Source: Polymyxa betae A26-41
Taxonomy: Eukaryota; Protista; Endomyxa: Phytomyxea
Length of the DNA: 64,000 bases
Assembly: GCA_003693705.1 (NCBI GenBank)
Contig: RBZT01000278.1
Span: 69,347 to 133,346, forward strand
Reading direction: 5' to 3'
The position numbers were made by a program, and so were the translations under genes. Below the pieces are notes generated by a model, which ran no database searches, was not told the DNA's origin, and saw only the letters and a list, made by a program, of their open reading frames with translations. This document shows, one piece after another, positions 28,935 through 42,300 of this stretch. Every line of letters begins with the position of its first letter. Within the stretch, counting starts at the first letter, position 1.

Positions 28935-29910
28935 TTAATGATAGCGATAGAGATCTTCAACGAACTTAGCATATGTGATAACACCTTCATTACCATGATC
29001 ATGTTCAGAGAATAGAGCACGACTTTCTTTCTCTGGCATTAAGATTCCGAATCGTTCTAATGCTCGTGACCATTCCTGAAAGGTAACTTTGCCTGTATCT
29101 TCCACATCAAAATGACGAAATACTCGTGTCAAGGTCAACGCCTCGGATTCCTGTCCTTTCGTCTTCTGTCGAATCTTCTCTTTGAGAACTTGCCCAACAG
29201 ATGCTAAATAATGTGGATCAATTGGTGCAGCAGCCGCATCTGCATCTGTAATCGGTGCCACCATTCGGAACATATTATGAAGGATTTCAGCGAATTTGTG
29301 ATCATCGAGAGGTATTGTAGCACCAATATATGTAAACATATCATGAAATTGTTGAGATGTGATCTGACCACCTTCACTAAATGATTGAATCGCATCAGTA
29401 ATCTCAATCCGTATAGCTGATGCTGTCTTATCATTAGCTAACACCTTTGGGTGATGTTCCGGATGAAATCGTTCCATCAAGTCAGTAACTGCAACACGAC
29501 CATCATCATGTTTAGGCAGTGAATCAAACAGCATCTGTACGAGCTGTGATCTGAACGGATTCAATTGCCCTGTTAATGCTCTAATGAAGGCCAATATCGA
29601 GATCGACCGGTTCCTGTTCACATCGAATTTCCGATTCAACATGGTCATTTGTGGCAATGGAAGAAATAGACCAACACGTGCTAAACATTGCTCAAATTCC
29701 TATCCAGATATAGTTAGCATTGAAGGATGGCAAAGGCGGGCGGGGGTCCAGTACGGCGTAGTTCAAGAAGCCGGTCTGCGTCTCGTTATTGGCCTGCAGA
29801 ACACGTTGTAGGGCGAGAATGGCATGATGTCCCTTCTTGCATAGTTCCAGACGTAGCTTCAGGAGGATCGCATCGAATTCGATCTCGGCAGGACTTGGAC
29901 CAGCCACCAT
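28935..29910 (-). CDS. Calcyphosin-like EF-hand calcium-binding protein
   Basis: FDVNRNRSISILAFIRALTGQLNPFR, HHPKVLANDKT, FDVEDTGKVTFQEW, HDHGNEGVITYAKF. Confidence 0.85.
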
Positions 29911-30088
29911 CCCTTCAACAACCTTTCACAATAATGGAGATCCAATCAGTGAAGATATTCGTTCGGTACTGATCTCGATCCCAGCTGTGTCCTCCTATCC
30001 TGGACCGAACAAGGGGCAGGGGCCAGCATGACCAGGAGGGACCTGGCACGCCGCCATCTCCTCTTCCGAATGCGTGAACTGCCAGTCC

Positions 30089-30116
30089 AGGGTTTAGGGT
30101 TCCGGCCTGGGCCCAG
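30089..30116. promoter_or_regulatory. Telo-box-like AGGGTTTAGGGTT next to a CTGGGCCCAG palindrome in a ~250-bp divergent promoter
   Basis: Seen between calcyphosin-like ATG (29910, -) and EttA ATG (30162, +); function inferred. Confidence 0.4.
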
Positions 30117-30161
30117 CACCAGCAACCGTACTGGCCCGCGCTGTTCATTTCGCAGGCGTTG

Positions 30162-32560
30162 ATGATGACGACATTGGTTGCCTGCAGGACGAATGCGATC
30201 AGGGCAGCTGGATATTGGTATCGATCATGGCGATGGTCGTCGTCATCGTCGGCAACGTCGCCCTCGATTATCTGTACTCTGAGCGGTGTCTGCAAACGTG
30301 TCTCCCAGGATCGTGTATTGTTTGCATCTGGTATTAATGTGGCATTCTTAAAAGGTGCCAAGATTGGTATGCTTGGACCTAATGGGATTGGCAAATCATC
30401 GCTACTCAAAATCATCGCTGGTACATTCTCTGATTCATTGAATGGCTTTTCTGAACTTGTATATTATGCAGAGTTTTGTCATATTTTTCAGCGAATTCTT
30501 AACGTTTGCAGATGGGTTTCTATCGCTGTAACGATTTAGTTTGCAAAGTTCGATTGTGAAATACCGAATTTGTATGTGATAGGTTTAGATTCGAATTATG
30601 AAGGGAAGATCCATCTTGCGAAAGATCTCACGATATCATATTTAGAACAAGAACCAGATCTCGATCCCAATCTCAATGTTATTAATAATATTCGTCGTCA
30701 TCTACAGAATCATTTCGATGCTCTTGCTGAGTTTGAACATGTCTCAGCTCAATTTGCTGAACCAGATGCTGATATTGATACATTACTCGTGAAGCAATCT
30801 GCCCTACAGAATCGTATTGAAGATCATGGTCTCTCAGCACACTTCTCCATCAGATCTTTCTAAACCATTGTTACAGATTTATGGAATCTGGACCGACGTA
30901 TTATGATGGCCATGGCAGCATTAAACTGTCCGCCAGCAGATTCTCCTGTAGATTGTCTTTCTGGTGGTGAGAAACGTCGCATAGCTCTCTGTGCGATGTT
31001 ATTAAAAAGTGCCGATTTCCTGCTATTAGATGAACCTGTATGAAGACCAGAACTTAAATTGAATGATTACTGAGAAATCATGTTCAGACCAATCATTTAG
31101 ATGCTGCTTCTGTCGCCTGGCTTGAAAAGGTTTCTCAACATTTCTCGAAGCTTTTTACCCTTTTTTTCATTTTTGTTGATGTTCGATCAGTTTCTAAGAT
31201 ATTTGTTGTTCAGTATCTATCGTCATACAAAGGCGCTGTATTAGCAATTACTCATGATCGATATTTCCTTGATAATGTAGCCAGCTATATTATTGAAGCT
31301 GATGCATTAACACTTCATGCACATGCTGGAAATTATTCGCATTTCTTAGAGCGCCAGGCACAGCGTATTGCTCTCATGCAGAGAACCGCATCTGCTCGTG
31401 ATAATCAGGTTCAACGATATCGTTAAGCGAGACCGTATCTCATCGTTTTCAGATTGCGGCTGAATTGAGTTGGATTCGAAGTGGTGGACGGCAGCTGGCC
31501 AGCAAATCGCGAATGAAAGCTTTCCAAGAATTGGTTAATGATGCGAAATTGGAGGCGAAGGTTAAGAATGGGTTCGCTCGTGGCCGTCTCATTATTCCGT
31601 TTGGACGACGTCTTGGTGATAAAGTTCTCCAATGTATGAACATCAGTAAGACGTTCGCTGGACGTCAATTGATCAGCAATTTGTCGCTGTCTATCGAGCC
31701 AGGCAGTATTATCGGGGTTTAATATGCTCTCATGATGATAACGGCTTCGCTGAGCAAAGATTTTAGGTGATCGGTGCGAATGGTGCCGGTAAATCGACAT
31801 TAATTCGGATCTTGATTGGAGAGTTAAAACCAGATTCTGGGACAGTATCATTGGGACCAACTGTTCAAGTTGGTTATGTTCTACAATCTAGGCAGGAACT
31901 GAATCCTGATAACACTGTCGCACAAGAAATTGTAAGCAAGTTTATGCATTACTGGCATCAAAGTTCAGGGATGATGTTTACCGATGTTCAGAGGCAGAGA
32001 TGATTGTCTGATTTCGTTTGCTTATTTGAGGTTTTTGATAGGTCCCCGATTTCATGCCAGTTCGTGTCGGGTCAATGTCGATGCCTGCGAGGCAATACGT
32101 GGCCCAGTTTAACTTCACAGGATCAGACCAGGAGAAGCGTGTGAACCAGTTGAGCGGTGGTGAACGAAATCGGGTACATCTGGCGAAACTGCTCAGGAAT
32201 GGATGTAATCTTCTCATTCTGGGTATGTTGAGCAAGAGCTCCAATGTTAACATCTTGCTTAAGAGATGTTTTGATTAGATGAGCCTACCAATGATCTGGA
32301 CGTGGGCACACTTCGAGCATTGGAGGTTGACAATACTCTTAACTGATGCTTACATCGTATTGATCTACGTTTAGGAGGGTCTGAATGAGTTCCCAGGATG
32401 TGCCATTATTGTATCACATGATAGATGGTTCCTAGATAGAACTTGTACACATATTCTTGCATTCGAACCCGATGGCAATATTCGAATGTTTCAAGGCAAT
32501 TATACCGAATACCTTCAAGCTGCCAAGTCCAAATCTGCCTTGATTGAGCAGACTATGTGA
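30162..32560 (+). CDS. ettA: EttA/ChvD-type ABC-F ATPase with N-terminal organellar-type presequence, ~9 introns
   Basis: [120 protein letters not shown]. Confidence 0.92.
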
Positions 32561-32649
32561 CGATTATGTATTCTGAAAGAATGTAACTATCGAATTGTAA
32601 TGTACATGAATGATATCAATATAAAGATGACAACAATGTGAAATGAACA

Positions 32650-35600
32650 TTAGAGCTCCACCCGATCAGAATCGTCGTACTCGTCGATAACTTCGTTGTA
32701 TGCTGACTGGGCGGCTGATTGTGCCGACTGAATCCAAGCAACAACTCGAAGTGCGCATGCTCGTAGCACTTCAAATGCTTGATTGGCCTGCTCAGGATAG
32801 AACTGATGGAATATAACAGCAGCGACAGCAACCAGTACCGAGAATAACATGAAAACTGAGACAAATCTGCCAGATCTGCTCGATTTCTCGTTCTGAGTCT
32901 ATGACGCCGTTCATAAAACGCAAATGCTGGGAAATTTGCATCATTTACCTGAACAGTTTGGAGGAGATCCTCAAGTTCAGAGACTGCATCTGGAAGGGGA
33001 CCAGATCCAGAGCCAGCATCATTCAAAAATTTATCGATTCTGGCTCGTAATGGATCACCTGCCGGAAGCCGTACAGTAGATTCGCGAAGAAGCTCGCAGG
33101 CTTCGACCCATTTCTCATCGGAGACGACAGAATGGGCGGAAGCGAGATGCCTGGATTCAGGAATCTGCGCATTGGCATTGGAGATCTCCTGTCGAGTCTG
33201 ATGAACCTGAGTTCGAAGTCGATGAACGGTATTGAATACGCCCGAGATATTGTCACTATCCGGTTCAGCAGTGCCTTCGGGAACCCATGAACCGGACCTT
33301 CTATCGAACACGAAATCAACTTTTTCAACATGGTTGTCTAGAGGGTCAGATGATAGGAGCTTTTTCAATAGCGATTTGGATCGTGGCGGAGATTTAGCGG
33401 GAACATTTCTCGAATGACTTTGTGTTGACTGGGAGCGCAGAGGATGTTCAAACGAAGATGAGGGTTCATCACGAACATTTTGATCCAGATCTAGAAGACC
33501 ATTTTGTGCTGGTAAAGTCGGTTTCGGTGATGAACTTCGTGATCGGTTAGGGTTTGGCGATTCCGAGCCAACGGGCAATGCTGAAGACGCTGGAGGTGGA
33601 GACATACTAACAGAGCTCCTACCCACGCTTGGAGGGACGGTCGTGCTGCGAGACGGAGGAGGAGCATTGAGTACTCGACGCCCAGGAGGAGGGATTGGCC
33701 TTCTCGCCACAAGTCCTGATCCTCCAGGCAAAGGGCGGCTGGGGGCGACAGGTCCAGTCTTGCTTGGCGGTTGAAGATTTGCCTCAGCAGGCTTGACGTC
33801 AATGTCTTCACCCATGAGCAACGTTGCCGAGTTATCAACTGCCGATTTCGGGGGTGGTGTTGCAGTGGGTGCAGGCAATGGTCGAGCAGCAGCCATAGGT
33901 GGGCCTAATCTTCCAGGCCGGAAAGGACCAGAAGGCGCTCGTCTGATTGAAGCAGGAACTGGGCGAGTAGGCGGAGCCAGTCTTGGTGCTGGCCCATTTG
34001 AAGTTGCAGAGTTGGGCCGAACTGTTATCGGTGAATTAGGACGATCTGATGAGTCGGAACGAAGATTTGCGACTTCATTTGACTCTTTGTCAGTATCTGG
34101 TACATCGATATTGGATGAATTGGATTCTTGATCGATCGCCATCAATCTTGGAGACAAAACGGTTGTATTCTGTCTAGGAGACGGCGGACTGCTGGACCGG
34201 CTCGGCGTCGAGCTGGAGGGCGATGGGACAGAATGATTTTGGACTGGGTTCGAAGGCGACGGAGCGGTGCCGTTTGGCAATGGTAACCGACTCGGACCTG
34301 GAGGACCACGGCGGATCGGTTGAGGACGGAAGGGCAAAGGACGTCCAGGAGGCCCTCGAAGAGGCACTGGGCGTACTGGAGGTCGAACAGGAGCCGAGGT
34401 CTAAAGCATAAATTAGACGGTTAATGTAAAACGCATTGTACAGCGTACAGGAACATCAATAACATTCACAGGCGATTGCGTTCGGGATGTCGATTTCTCC
34501 ACATCGCCATTGGCATCGCTGCTATTAACAGCCTCTTGGTGATGAGAGACATTCACAGAAGATATAGAATCCGATGGAGGATCGTCAGATGGAGCAGCGC
34601 GTTCTGGATTCGTAGGAGGAGAAGGACGTCTAACAGGAGGTGCCATACGGCGTAACGGTACAGGACGCAATGGCGCTCGTATGGGAGGCATCGGCCCAGA
34701 TGGGCGTCCAGCCTAAGAAAGTCACAACCGTGCTTTACGAAACTTGATAAACTGATACCGGAGGGGCAGGTTCTGTATGGACTGTAAGTGGATCAGGAGC
34801 AGCACGAAAGGTAGGAGATGGCGTTGCGCTTGAGTGACGACTGAGAGCAGGGCTGAGTGCTCGCGATGACGAATGTGAATTCGTCACGCGCTCTTTTCCG
34901 ACACCATTGCTGAGCTCCTCATCGCTGCGAACATGAATCAGGTAAGTTTAGGATGGTGATATGATCAAGACATACATTGCAGGCGTAATATTAATAACAG
35001 GATTAATAGCTGCAACTCCATCAGACGTTGACCTTTCTAAGGACAATTCACGAGAGAGAGCACTCGTTGAGGCTCGACTGAGCGCAGGCTCTCCATTGAA
35101 AAGAGGCTCAATATTGGAAGTAGCAGTAGTAGAGGCGCGGCTAAGTGCAGGTGAGGCGTCTCTGGAAGGCTTATTAGAGACATTTATCTCAAGAGGAGCT
35201 TTCAGCTGAGAGAGTTCGAGCAGTCGTGATTCGGTTTCTTTGATCTTCAGGTTAAGCGTCGTATTTTCCATCCGGTATTTCTCTGCTTGATCTCGAATCT
35301 CGGCTATATTCAACCTTAATGACGAACTCTCAGCCCGTAAACCTTCGAGTTCAATATCCTAGAAAAATGAGTAGAAATCAACACATACTGAAAGAAGATA
35401 CCTTATTCTTTAACTGTTCTACAATAGCATCCATTTGTTGAGAACGATCAGATTCGGTGTCTTCCATGGCCTCAAGCAAAGCACAAACTCGGCTGTAATC
35501 ATTTTGTAGCTTATTCATTTCGCTACGTTGCGATTCTACAATTGGCATGAGATCTTCAATGGAACGAGCCTGGACTGCAAAGTGTGAGCGCTCCTCCAAA

Positions 35601-38600
35601 GACTTCGCCAAAAGCAATTTCACGTCCGTCAATTCATCTAAATCAAATTGAATTAGAATCTGCACTTAAAGAGAGAGAAAGAGCGGCAAACCTTGCAACG
35701 AGCGGAACTCATTTTTATGAGCATTCAGCGACCGAGTGAACAATTCGGAAACCTGCTTGTGACGTTTATGTTCATGCAATAGCTGCTCTTTAAGAGATCG
35801 CCGGTCTTCCTCTGATTGTTCAAACATCTGAAATCGAAGCTAAGAAGCTACATGATTGTAAGAGAAATTCCGACATGAAGCAGTCTTGCATTGTCACGAG
35901 AGCGCTTATCGTTCTCCGACATCAAATCACTGAATTTGATAGCAAGTTCAGACAGCTGCTCTTTAAGCTGATCGCATTCTGATGATCGTTCCGAAGCCAT
36001 CATCTCAAATTCATTTAGCCTCAAGCAGGCGTCTTTTAGTGCAGCATCAAGGTTAGAAACTTCATCTACAATCAAGGCATAAGGAGACGTTATCAAATTG
36101 GAAAATCCATACCTTTAGCCTCATTAAGCCTAGCTTCACTAGCTGAAGCTTTTTGTAAGCTTGCTTTTAACTTATCCAGAGATTCATCTAAAGACGTTTG
36201 AAGGCGATCTAGTTCAGCTTGCGATTGCTCAACCGATCTGGCTAGCTCTTCCTGCAATTCCTCGATTCTCTCAGCTAGGCGGGAGTTCAACAGCTAAAGA
36301 AAAGTCACCTGCTGACAAAACAAACTAAGGCACTGTATACCTCTGAATTCTCGGACTCCTTTTTGACAACTTCACGAGCGATTTCTAGGTCTGATCGCAA
36401 CCCATCGATTGTTACCTTGAGAAGTCCATTATCGCTTTCCGTCGCATCTTGCAACGAACGTAATTCAGTTAACTCTGCCTGAAGCTGCTCGAGGGAGTTC
36501 TCATGCTGAGAGGCATCGGAATCGCGCAGAATCCGAAGATTAGAAAGCTCATCACTAAGGGTAATTATCTGCTCTTCAGAATCGCGAAGTGATTCACGCA
36601 AATCATGCAGCTCCTGTTCGAGATCGCTCTTTGTTTTCTCAAGGTTTTGCAGATCAGAGAGTCGATGTCTATATTCTTCGTTCGATCTTGATAAACTTTC
36701 AATTTCATCGTTGGCAATGAGTAGTTGAGCCCTTAATTCAGCTGCTTCAGATTGTAAGACCTCTTCTGCCACTTTGCGTTGGGATTCGGATTCATCCAGC
36801 CTCTGCTCCAAGTCGGCGTTTGCCAAAACAGCCGACCTATAGTTCTCCTCAGATTCTTGCAGAGATGCGATGAGTTCTGATAGGCGTTGCTCAATATCGC
36901 GATCTTTAGTCGCAGCCAGCTCTATCCTTTTTTCTGACACTTCAAGCTCTTCTTTAAGCGAAGAAAGTTGGACTTTCAGAATTTGCTCCCTTTCCAGGAT
37001 TTCTGCGATTTCAGACTGGGAAGACGCCTGGTTGCTTAGCAGCTGCGAGTTCTGTCCTTGGACTTCTTCATATGAGCTACGCAGAGCATCTAGTTCGAAC
37101 ACCAGGCGCTCGTTGTCTTCGCGTATCGACTCGCTCGATTCCAACATCGATTCGAGTCTAGCACGAGTCTCCTGAACAGATTGTAGCTCATTGTAAAGAT
37201 CCTTTTGAGCGGATAACGAGTCTTCATATTGTTTCTGAGTACTCTGCTGCGCCTCCTGCAATGATTCCAACTGCGATTGAATATGATTGATCTTAGAATC
37301 CTTCAATTCACAAACATTCGACATCTGCGCTTCAATCTCTTCAACCTCGCGACATTTCGCCTGATATTGATCGTCGAAATTACGCAGAGACTGTTCCATA
37401 TGTTGCATGCGACCTTTTTCACGATTTAAAATAGCTATTTGCCCTTCAAGCTGCTGAGAAGAAGCTTGAGCCTTATCCAACAGTGACTGAATATCAGACA
37501 CTTTCTCGGTGAGCTCTAAGTTTTGACCTTCCAGATGCTTATTTGTCAACCGGAGATGTTCCAGTTCAGATACAGATTCTTGATTGCTGTCCCTTAACAC
37601 CATAACTTCTTGCCTGGCTTCTGCAAGTTGGCCTTGCAGATCGAGATACTCGTCTTTCAGAGACAAAAACTCATCATTGAGTTTCAAGAAATCTTGGCTT
37701 CTGTCGAGTTCAGAGATACGCTGCTGGAACTCCTTGTTCGAAAATTCAAGTTCCGAACATTTATCTTCGTAGTACTTCTGTGCCTCCAGCGCGCGAGAAA
37801 GTTCGTCGTTGGCTTGTTTGAGAGATTCAGAGGTTGATGACAGGTTATAGGACAGGTCCTCTATTTGCTGATTGTAGTATTCCTCAGTTTGTTTCGACAA
37901 GCCTTGAGCAGAGCTAAGCAAAGACTCGTTGGCATCGTTTTGTTGTTGGAGGTGCTCGAGTTGAGTTGTAAGAAGTGAAACTTGAGATTCAGCGGTAGAG
38001 AGACTCGATTTGCATGCAGCGTGTTCATTTTGTTCCACTTCGAGCTAAACACAATTAGTACTTTGAAGTTCATAAAATACGCTAACTTACAAGAGTAGAT
38101 AACTCCTTTTCTTGGTTCTGAAGTTGAGTCGAGAAATCTGCTAAGGAATTGAAATTCTGTTCAAGTTCTTTCCTGAGCGAGATTTCATGCCTAATTCGCT
38201 AACCACAATGCTCAAAATACAGTTATTTGAAAAGTAACCGACTAACTTTGTCAAATTCAGACTGCTTTTGATTAGCTTCAGCAGCCATATTGGAAATCCT
38301 GTCCTCTAGTACGGAAATGGTTTTCTGAAACGACGCAATCGTTTGGGACTCCGATGCAGGAGACTTCGAGCGCTCGGGACGGATGGCGGCAGTTTTTCGT
38401 AGGCGCGCCTGCTCTTCGGCGATTTGACGCTCAGCATCGAGAACCTGCCGTTCTTTTTCAGCAGACCTGTTTAAGTTTAATTACCAAACAATAAAACGCG
38501 GTTATGTCACCTCTTTTCCGCCTTCTGGATCAAGGCTTCAGCTTCTGCCATTCGAGGTGATTTCGGAGACGAAAGCGCTTTGAGACATGATCAGATTGTC

Positions 38601-39061
38601 ATAAAAGAATGTAATGATATCGTACCAATGGAGCCATTTGCATTTCGATTATTTGTTGAGCCTTCTCCGCTCGAGCTCGAATTACTGAAAAGAATTGGTC
38701 CATATATTCAAACAGATTGCGAATGAAACAATCCAACCTAGACTTTCTAAGAACATTCAGTAAGGAAACCCCCTGGCCGCTTTTTGATTGTAAATCCTCA
38801 GTCTGTACAAATAGTAAGTCCGAATCGGCAATCAAATATAAAACAGCGAAACCTGAAGTTTGCAAACAGGACATGAAGGTCGGGAATTTCCAGAATTGTG
38901 ACAATATTCAGCATAACCTTGAATGCATTTGGAATGTACACGAGCTGCGGGAGATCAGCTGCCACATTTCCTACGTAGATGAGCATTTTACCTTGACAAC
39001 ACGGACGCCGACCGGATTCGGAACTGGAGAGAAGTTTTCCGCAAATTGCACATAAGCTCAT
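32650..39061 (-). CDS. Very large protein: N-terminal RING-variant finger, long coiled coil, Pro-rich region, C-terminal hydrophobic anchor
   Basis: Spliced MSLCAICGKLL...RRPCCQ|ARVHSKC...SCPVCK; E/Q/L heptads 35300-38550; Pro-rich 33400-34900; FSVLVAVAAVIFHQF near the stop; single-gene model rests on phase-compatible introns. Confidence 0.65.
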
Positions 39062-39339
39062 GATCAGGACCGAGCTAGTCGAGGTCGGCCAGACGGCAGA
39101 ACCGTCCCAATAGCAGCTGGCTTTTGAATGCCAATATTCAATTGAAACGTTTGATATGAAACTCTGAAACTTTCCTTTTTTTCCCTTTGCGTGACAAGCA
39201 GGCGCAGCCCGTTCGTTAAATAATCTCCATCTGATTAGTCGACGTATCAAAATTTCACACTAAACATCGACGAGATGAAGCTGAATTAACAATGCTTATA
39301 TTTAGGTAGTTATTATCAGACCAACGAAGCAATAATTGG

Positions 39340-42300
39340 TCAAATTTCACTAAGCGGCTGTCCAGGTTCATCGTCACTGCCCTCCAAATCGATATCGCTA
39401 GAATCGCCGCCCTCATTGTCGTTTTCGTCATCCGCTTCTTCATCTTCGTCGCCCTCTTCTCCAGAAGATTCAGATTCAACATCCATAGGAGCGTCTTCGT
39501 AATCAGAAACAGGAGCAGGAGCCCTGGAGAAGCTTAACATCAAATCTTTTGCAAATTCTAAAATGCTTACGAGAATGCTGATGACTGAACACTAGTGTCA
39601 GGCTGGAATGGAGTAATAGGTTGAACAACAGCTAGTTCACATTTAAAACCGGAGACGCCTTAAGCAGAGAATCCCCAACCTGGTTGACTTGCCGATTTTT
39701 CGTTTTCAACCTTCCCGCTACGAGCAGCAGCAGATGGGTCTTCCATTAAAAGCGACATGACAAGCGGATGATTCAAACCAAACTTCTCGACTCCATTGAT
39801 GGTAGATCGTTTTCGCGTTGTGCTTCTTCGCGTATCCAGCCTATATCACGTTAATTGATTTCACAATCTATAACCAATTTGATACCTGGTTTCGATCTGT
39901 TTCCACACATGTGTCGGTTTGTCGGCTATTATTGGCTCATCGGGAAGATCAGCGCAGGTGACTTTAAATCTAACGCGCCCATCTTCTTGCAATACCTCAC
40001 AAAGATATTTACATCTCCGACTGGGATCAGAAAGCGATGGGTAATCACGTTCTGAGGAAAATTAAGACGAGGCACTGAAACCAAAGAATCTAACTAAAAC
40101 CTGATTGAAACCCGACAGGGAACACATGTTTTCCATCTCGGAAATCTCTTCCTGGAGGGACAGTTCCTAGAGATGATTGTCAGATCAGGAAGTGCCTGGA
40201 ATAATTATTTTACCCAGATTTAAAATTCGCAATGAGGACGTCACTTGAATGGGCATATTCGGGGAGCCATCAGGACCAAACGTCGGTTGGCTAGCGATTT
40301 CGCCTCCTGAGAACGCAGAAATCAATACAACCTAATGATCATCATGCAGCCAATTACTTTGGTTGGGATTTCTTGGAACATATCTTGACTTTTGGGAAGA
40401 GACATCAAATTCTAACCCATGCCGAGAGATTAATTGCTGCATAGGATCAGATCTTGTGAATAATAATGGGAGTAAATGAGACATCAGTTACCTGTGCACG
40501 CTTCACAAGAATCTTCGATTCCGAAGGTATAGATAAACCAGATGAAGCGAAAGGGAGGTCAGCATCTGCCCAAACAAGATTCCAACTGGCAATGCCATAT
40601 TTAACAACAGCCTGGAGAAGAGCATAGTCCATAACCGGGGTCCAGTGGGGAGCCCATTCATTGAATGGTGGCTCCAGCGGAGGAGAGTTTTCACATAAAG
40701 TTTCTTTATGCTGCTCTACCAGTGCTCGCAATGATTGGAATCTGATTAAAGAAATTCAGAACAGAAGAATACCAGTCAGAAAACAAATTACAAATCTATT
40801 CTTTCCCTGATTTTAACAGCGACACCGAACGAGAAGAGTAATGCTTCATCAGTAATTGGGGATGAATCTGAATATCCGTCATCTGGAGACTCTCTGTTCA
40901 CCTGTGCCAGCAATCGCTCAAAACCCATTGCTTCAAATAAACAAGACACATACAACAATACGATCGACAGCCTCCAAAAATTTCTGGTAGTACTGATCCA
41001 AGTCGTTATCCGTTTTTGATGAGAGCATGGGCTGAGTGGTTCGCAGAAGCTGCCACAAGTCAGGTCGACCTTGTGCAATGATGCCACGTTGAAACGCGGC
41101 TTGGTCCTTGCGAGTCCAGCCTAATGTGTTCTCTGTTTTAGCACCGATCTTCTTTACAGAAGCCTTCTTAGGGACAGTTTTCAACTGCATCAAACTAAGT
41201 GTAAACATAAAATCACAACCACCAAAAGAAGTTACCCTTTTGGCGTCTTCGTTGTTCAGCTCAGGGACTTCTCTTCGCTTCTTGCCACCTTTTTGGGAGC
41301 TATGCTTGCCGCGCTTTACTTTGAGTAATTCCAGTATTCGCTTCAATCTTCCAATTAATGCCAAGTGCTGAGGCCACTCAGGAAGGGAAGACTGCTGATC
41401 AGATTCGCTCTGCTGGGTAGCGTTTTCGTGAGTAGGTAACGTAGGTTGAGTTGTTTCTGGGATCGTCTGCGAAACTGCGTCTTCATCGTCGTCAAGGTCG
41501 CCTTTGGGAGCATCTGTATAGATGGTGAACAAAAATGTCGAACATAAAATTTATCATACCTAGCCTGGCAGCCCACTTTCCTTTGAAGCACAGCGACTCG
41601 TCATTCAAAATTGCATTGAACTCGCCGAATCCATGACGGTATATTCCGATGCATAGATCCAGATCCTCCTGGGTATCCCAATGCGGACCCAGCGATCTTC
41701 CTGAGTGCGATTTGGGCTTCTGTGTGAAAAAAATTGAAGCGGATTACCTTTTATTGAACCTATGCCGTCCAGAAGACGCGACTCGCCAAACAATTCAATA
41801 CAAGCTTTCAGCTCCTATACGGAAAATAAGGAGCTAACAACCGAAACTATTTGTGAGGTACGTATAAGAGTATCAACCGAGTGCTCCATTTCTTTACATT
41901 CTTTTGCAAAGACGACCAGCCTGCCGATATCGAATGAATAAAGCAAATACTATGTCAAAGTGCAAATACCTGAAAGAGATGGTTCTGGTACATCGGGACT
42001 GCAAAGCTCAATCGGAGATGAGTTCAAGATTTCAATCAGACCGGTCTTAAGAGCGGAATCATCACAGTTCTCAACGAGTTGCTGAACTAGCTGAGATGTG
42101 TAAATCTGTAAATTAGCTAGAGTGTAATCACGGTCATCAAGTGCCTCAGATAGAACATCCCATCGACCATAACTGAAAGCTCATTAATGACGCCCATCCT
42201 TAAAGATGCACAGAAGGGCATACCCATATCGCATTAATGCACATCGAACTTTTTCTCGAGACGTTCGGCTCCATTTTTTTCCAGCCGTTGATGTCATCTG

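Noticed and set aside
31932-32041. C/D-box-like words (ATGATG, CTGA) in a longer EttA intron
   Set aside because: C box is imperfect, spacing is too short, and there is no terminal stem or recognisable rRNA guide
30162-32560. Bacterial contamination as the source of ettA, KGG or PFK-like genes
   Set aside because: ettA and the PFK-like gene carry host-type short GT-AG introns, and all are embedded among clearly eukaryotic genes
41702-41748. Apparent frameshift at a T7 run in the FHA-CHD gene (possible slippery site)
   Set aside because: Resolved by a ~47-nt intron gtaatcc...cactcag that restores the frame (IKG|RSLGPHW)
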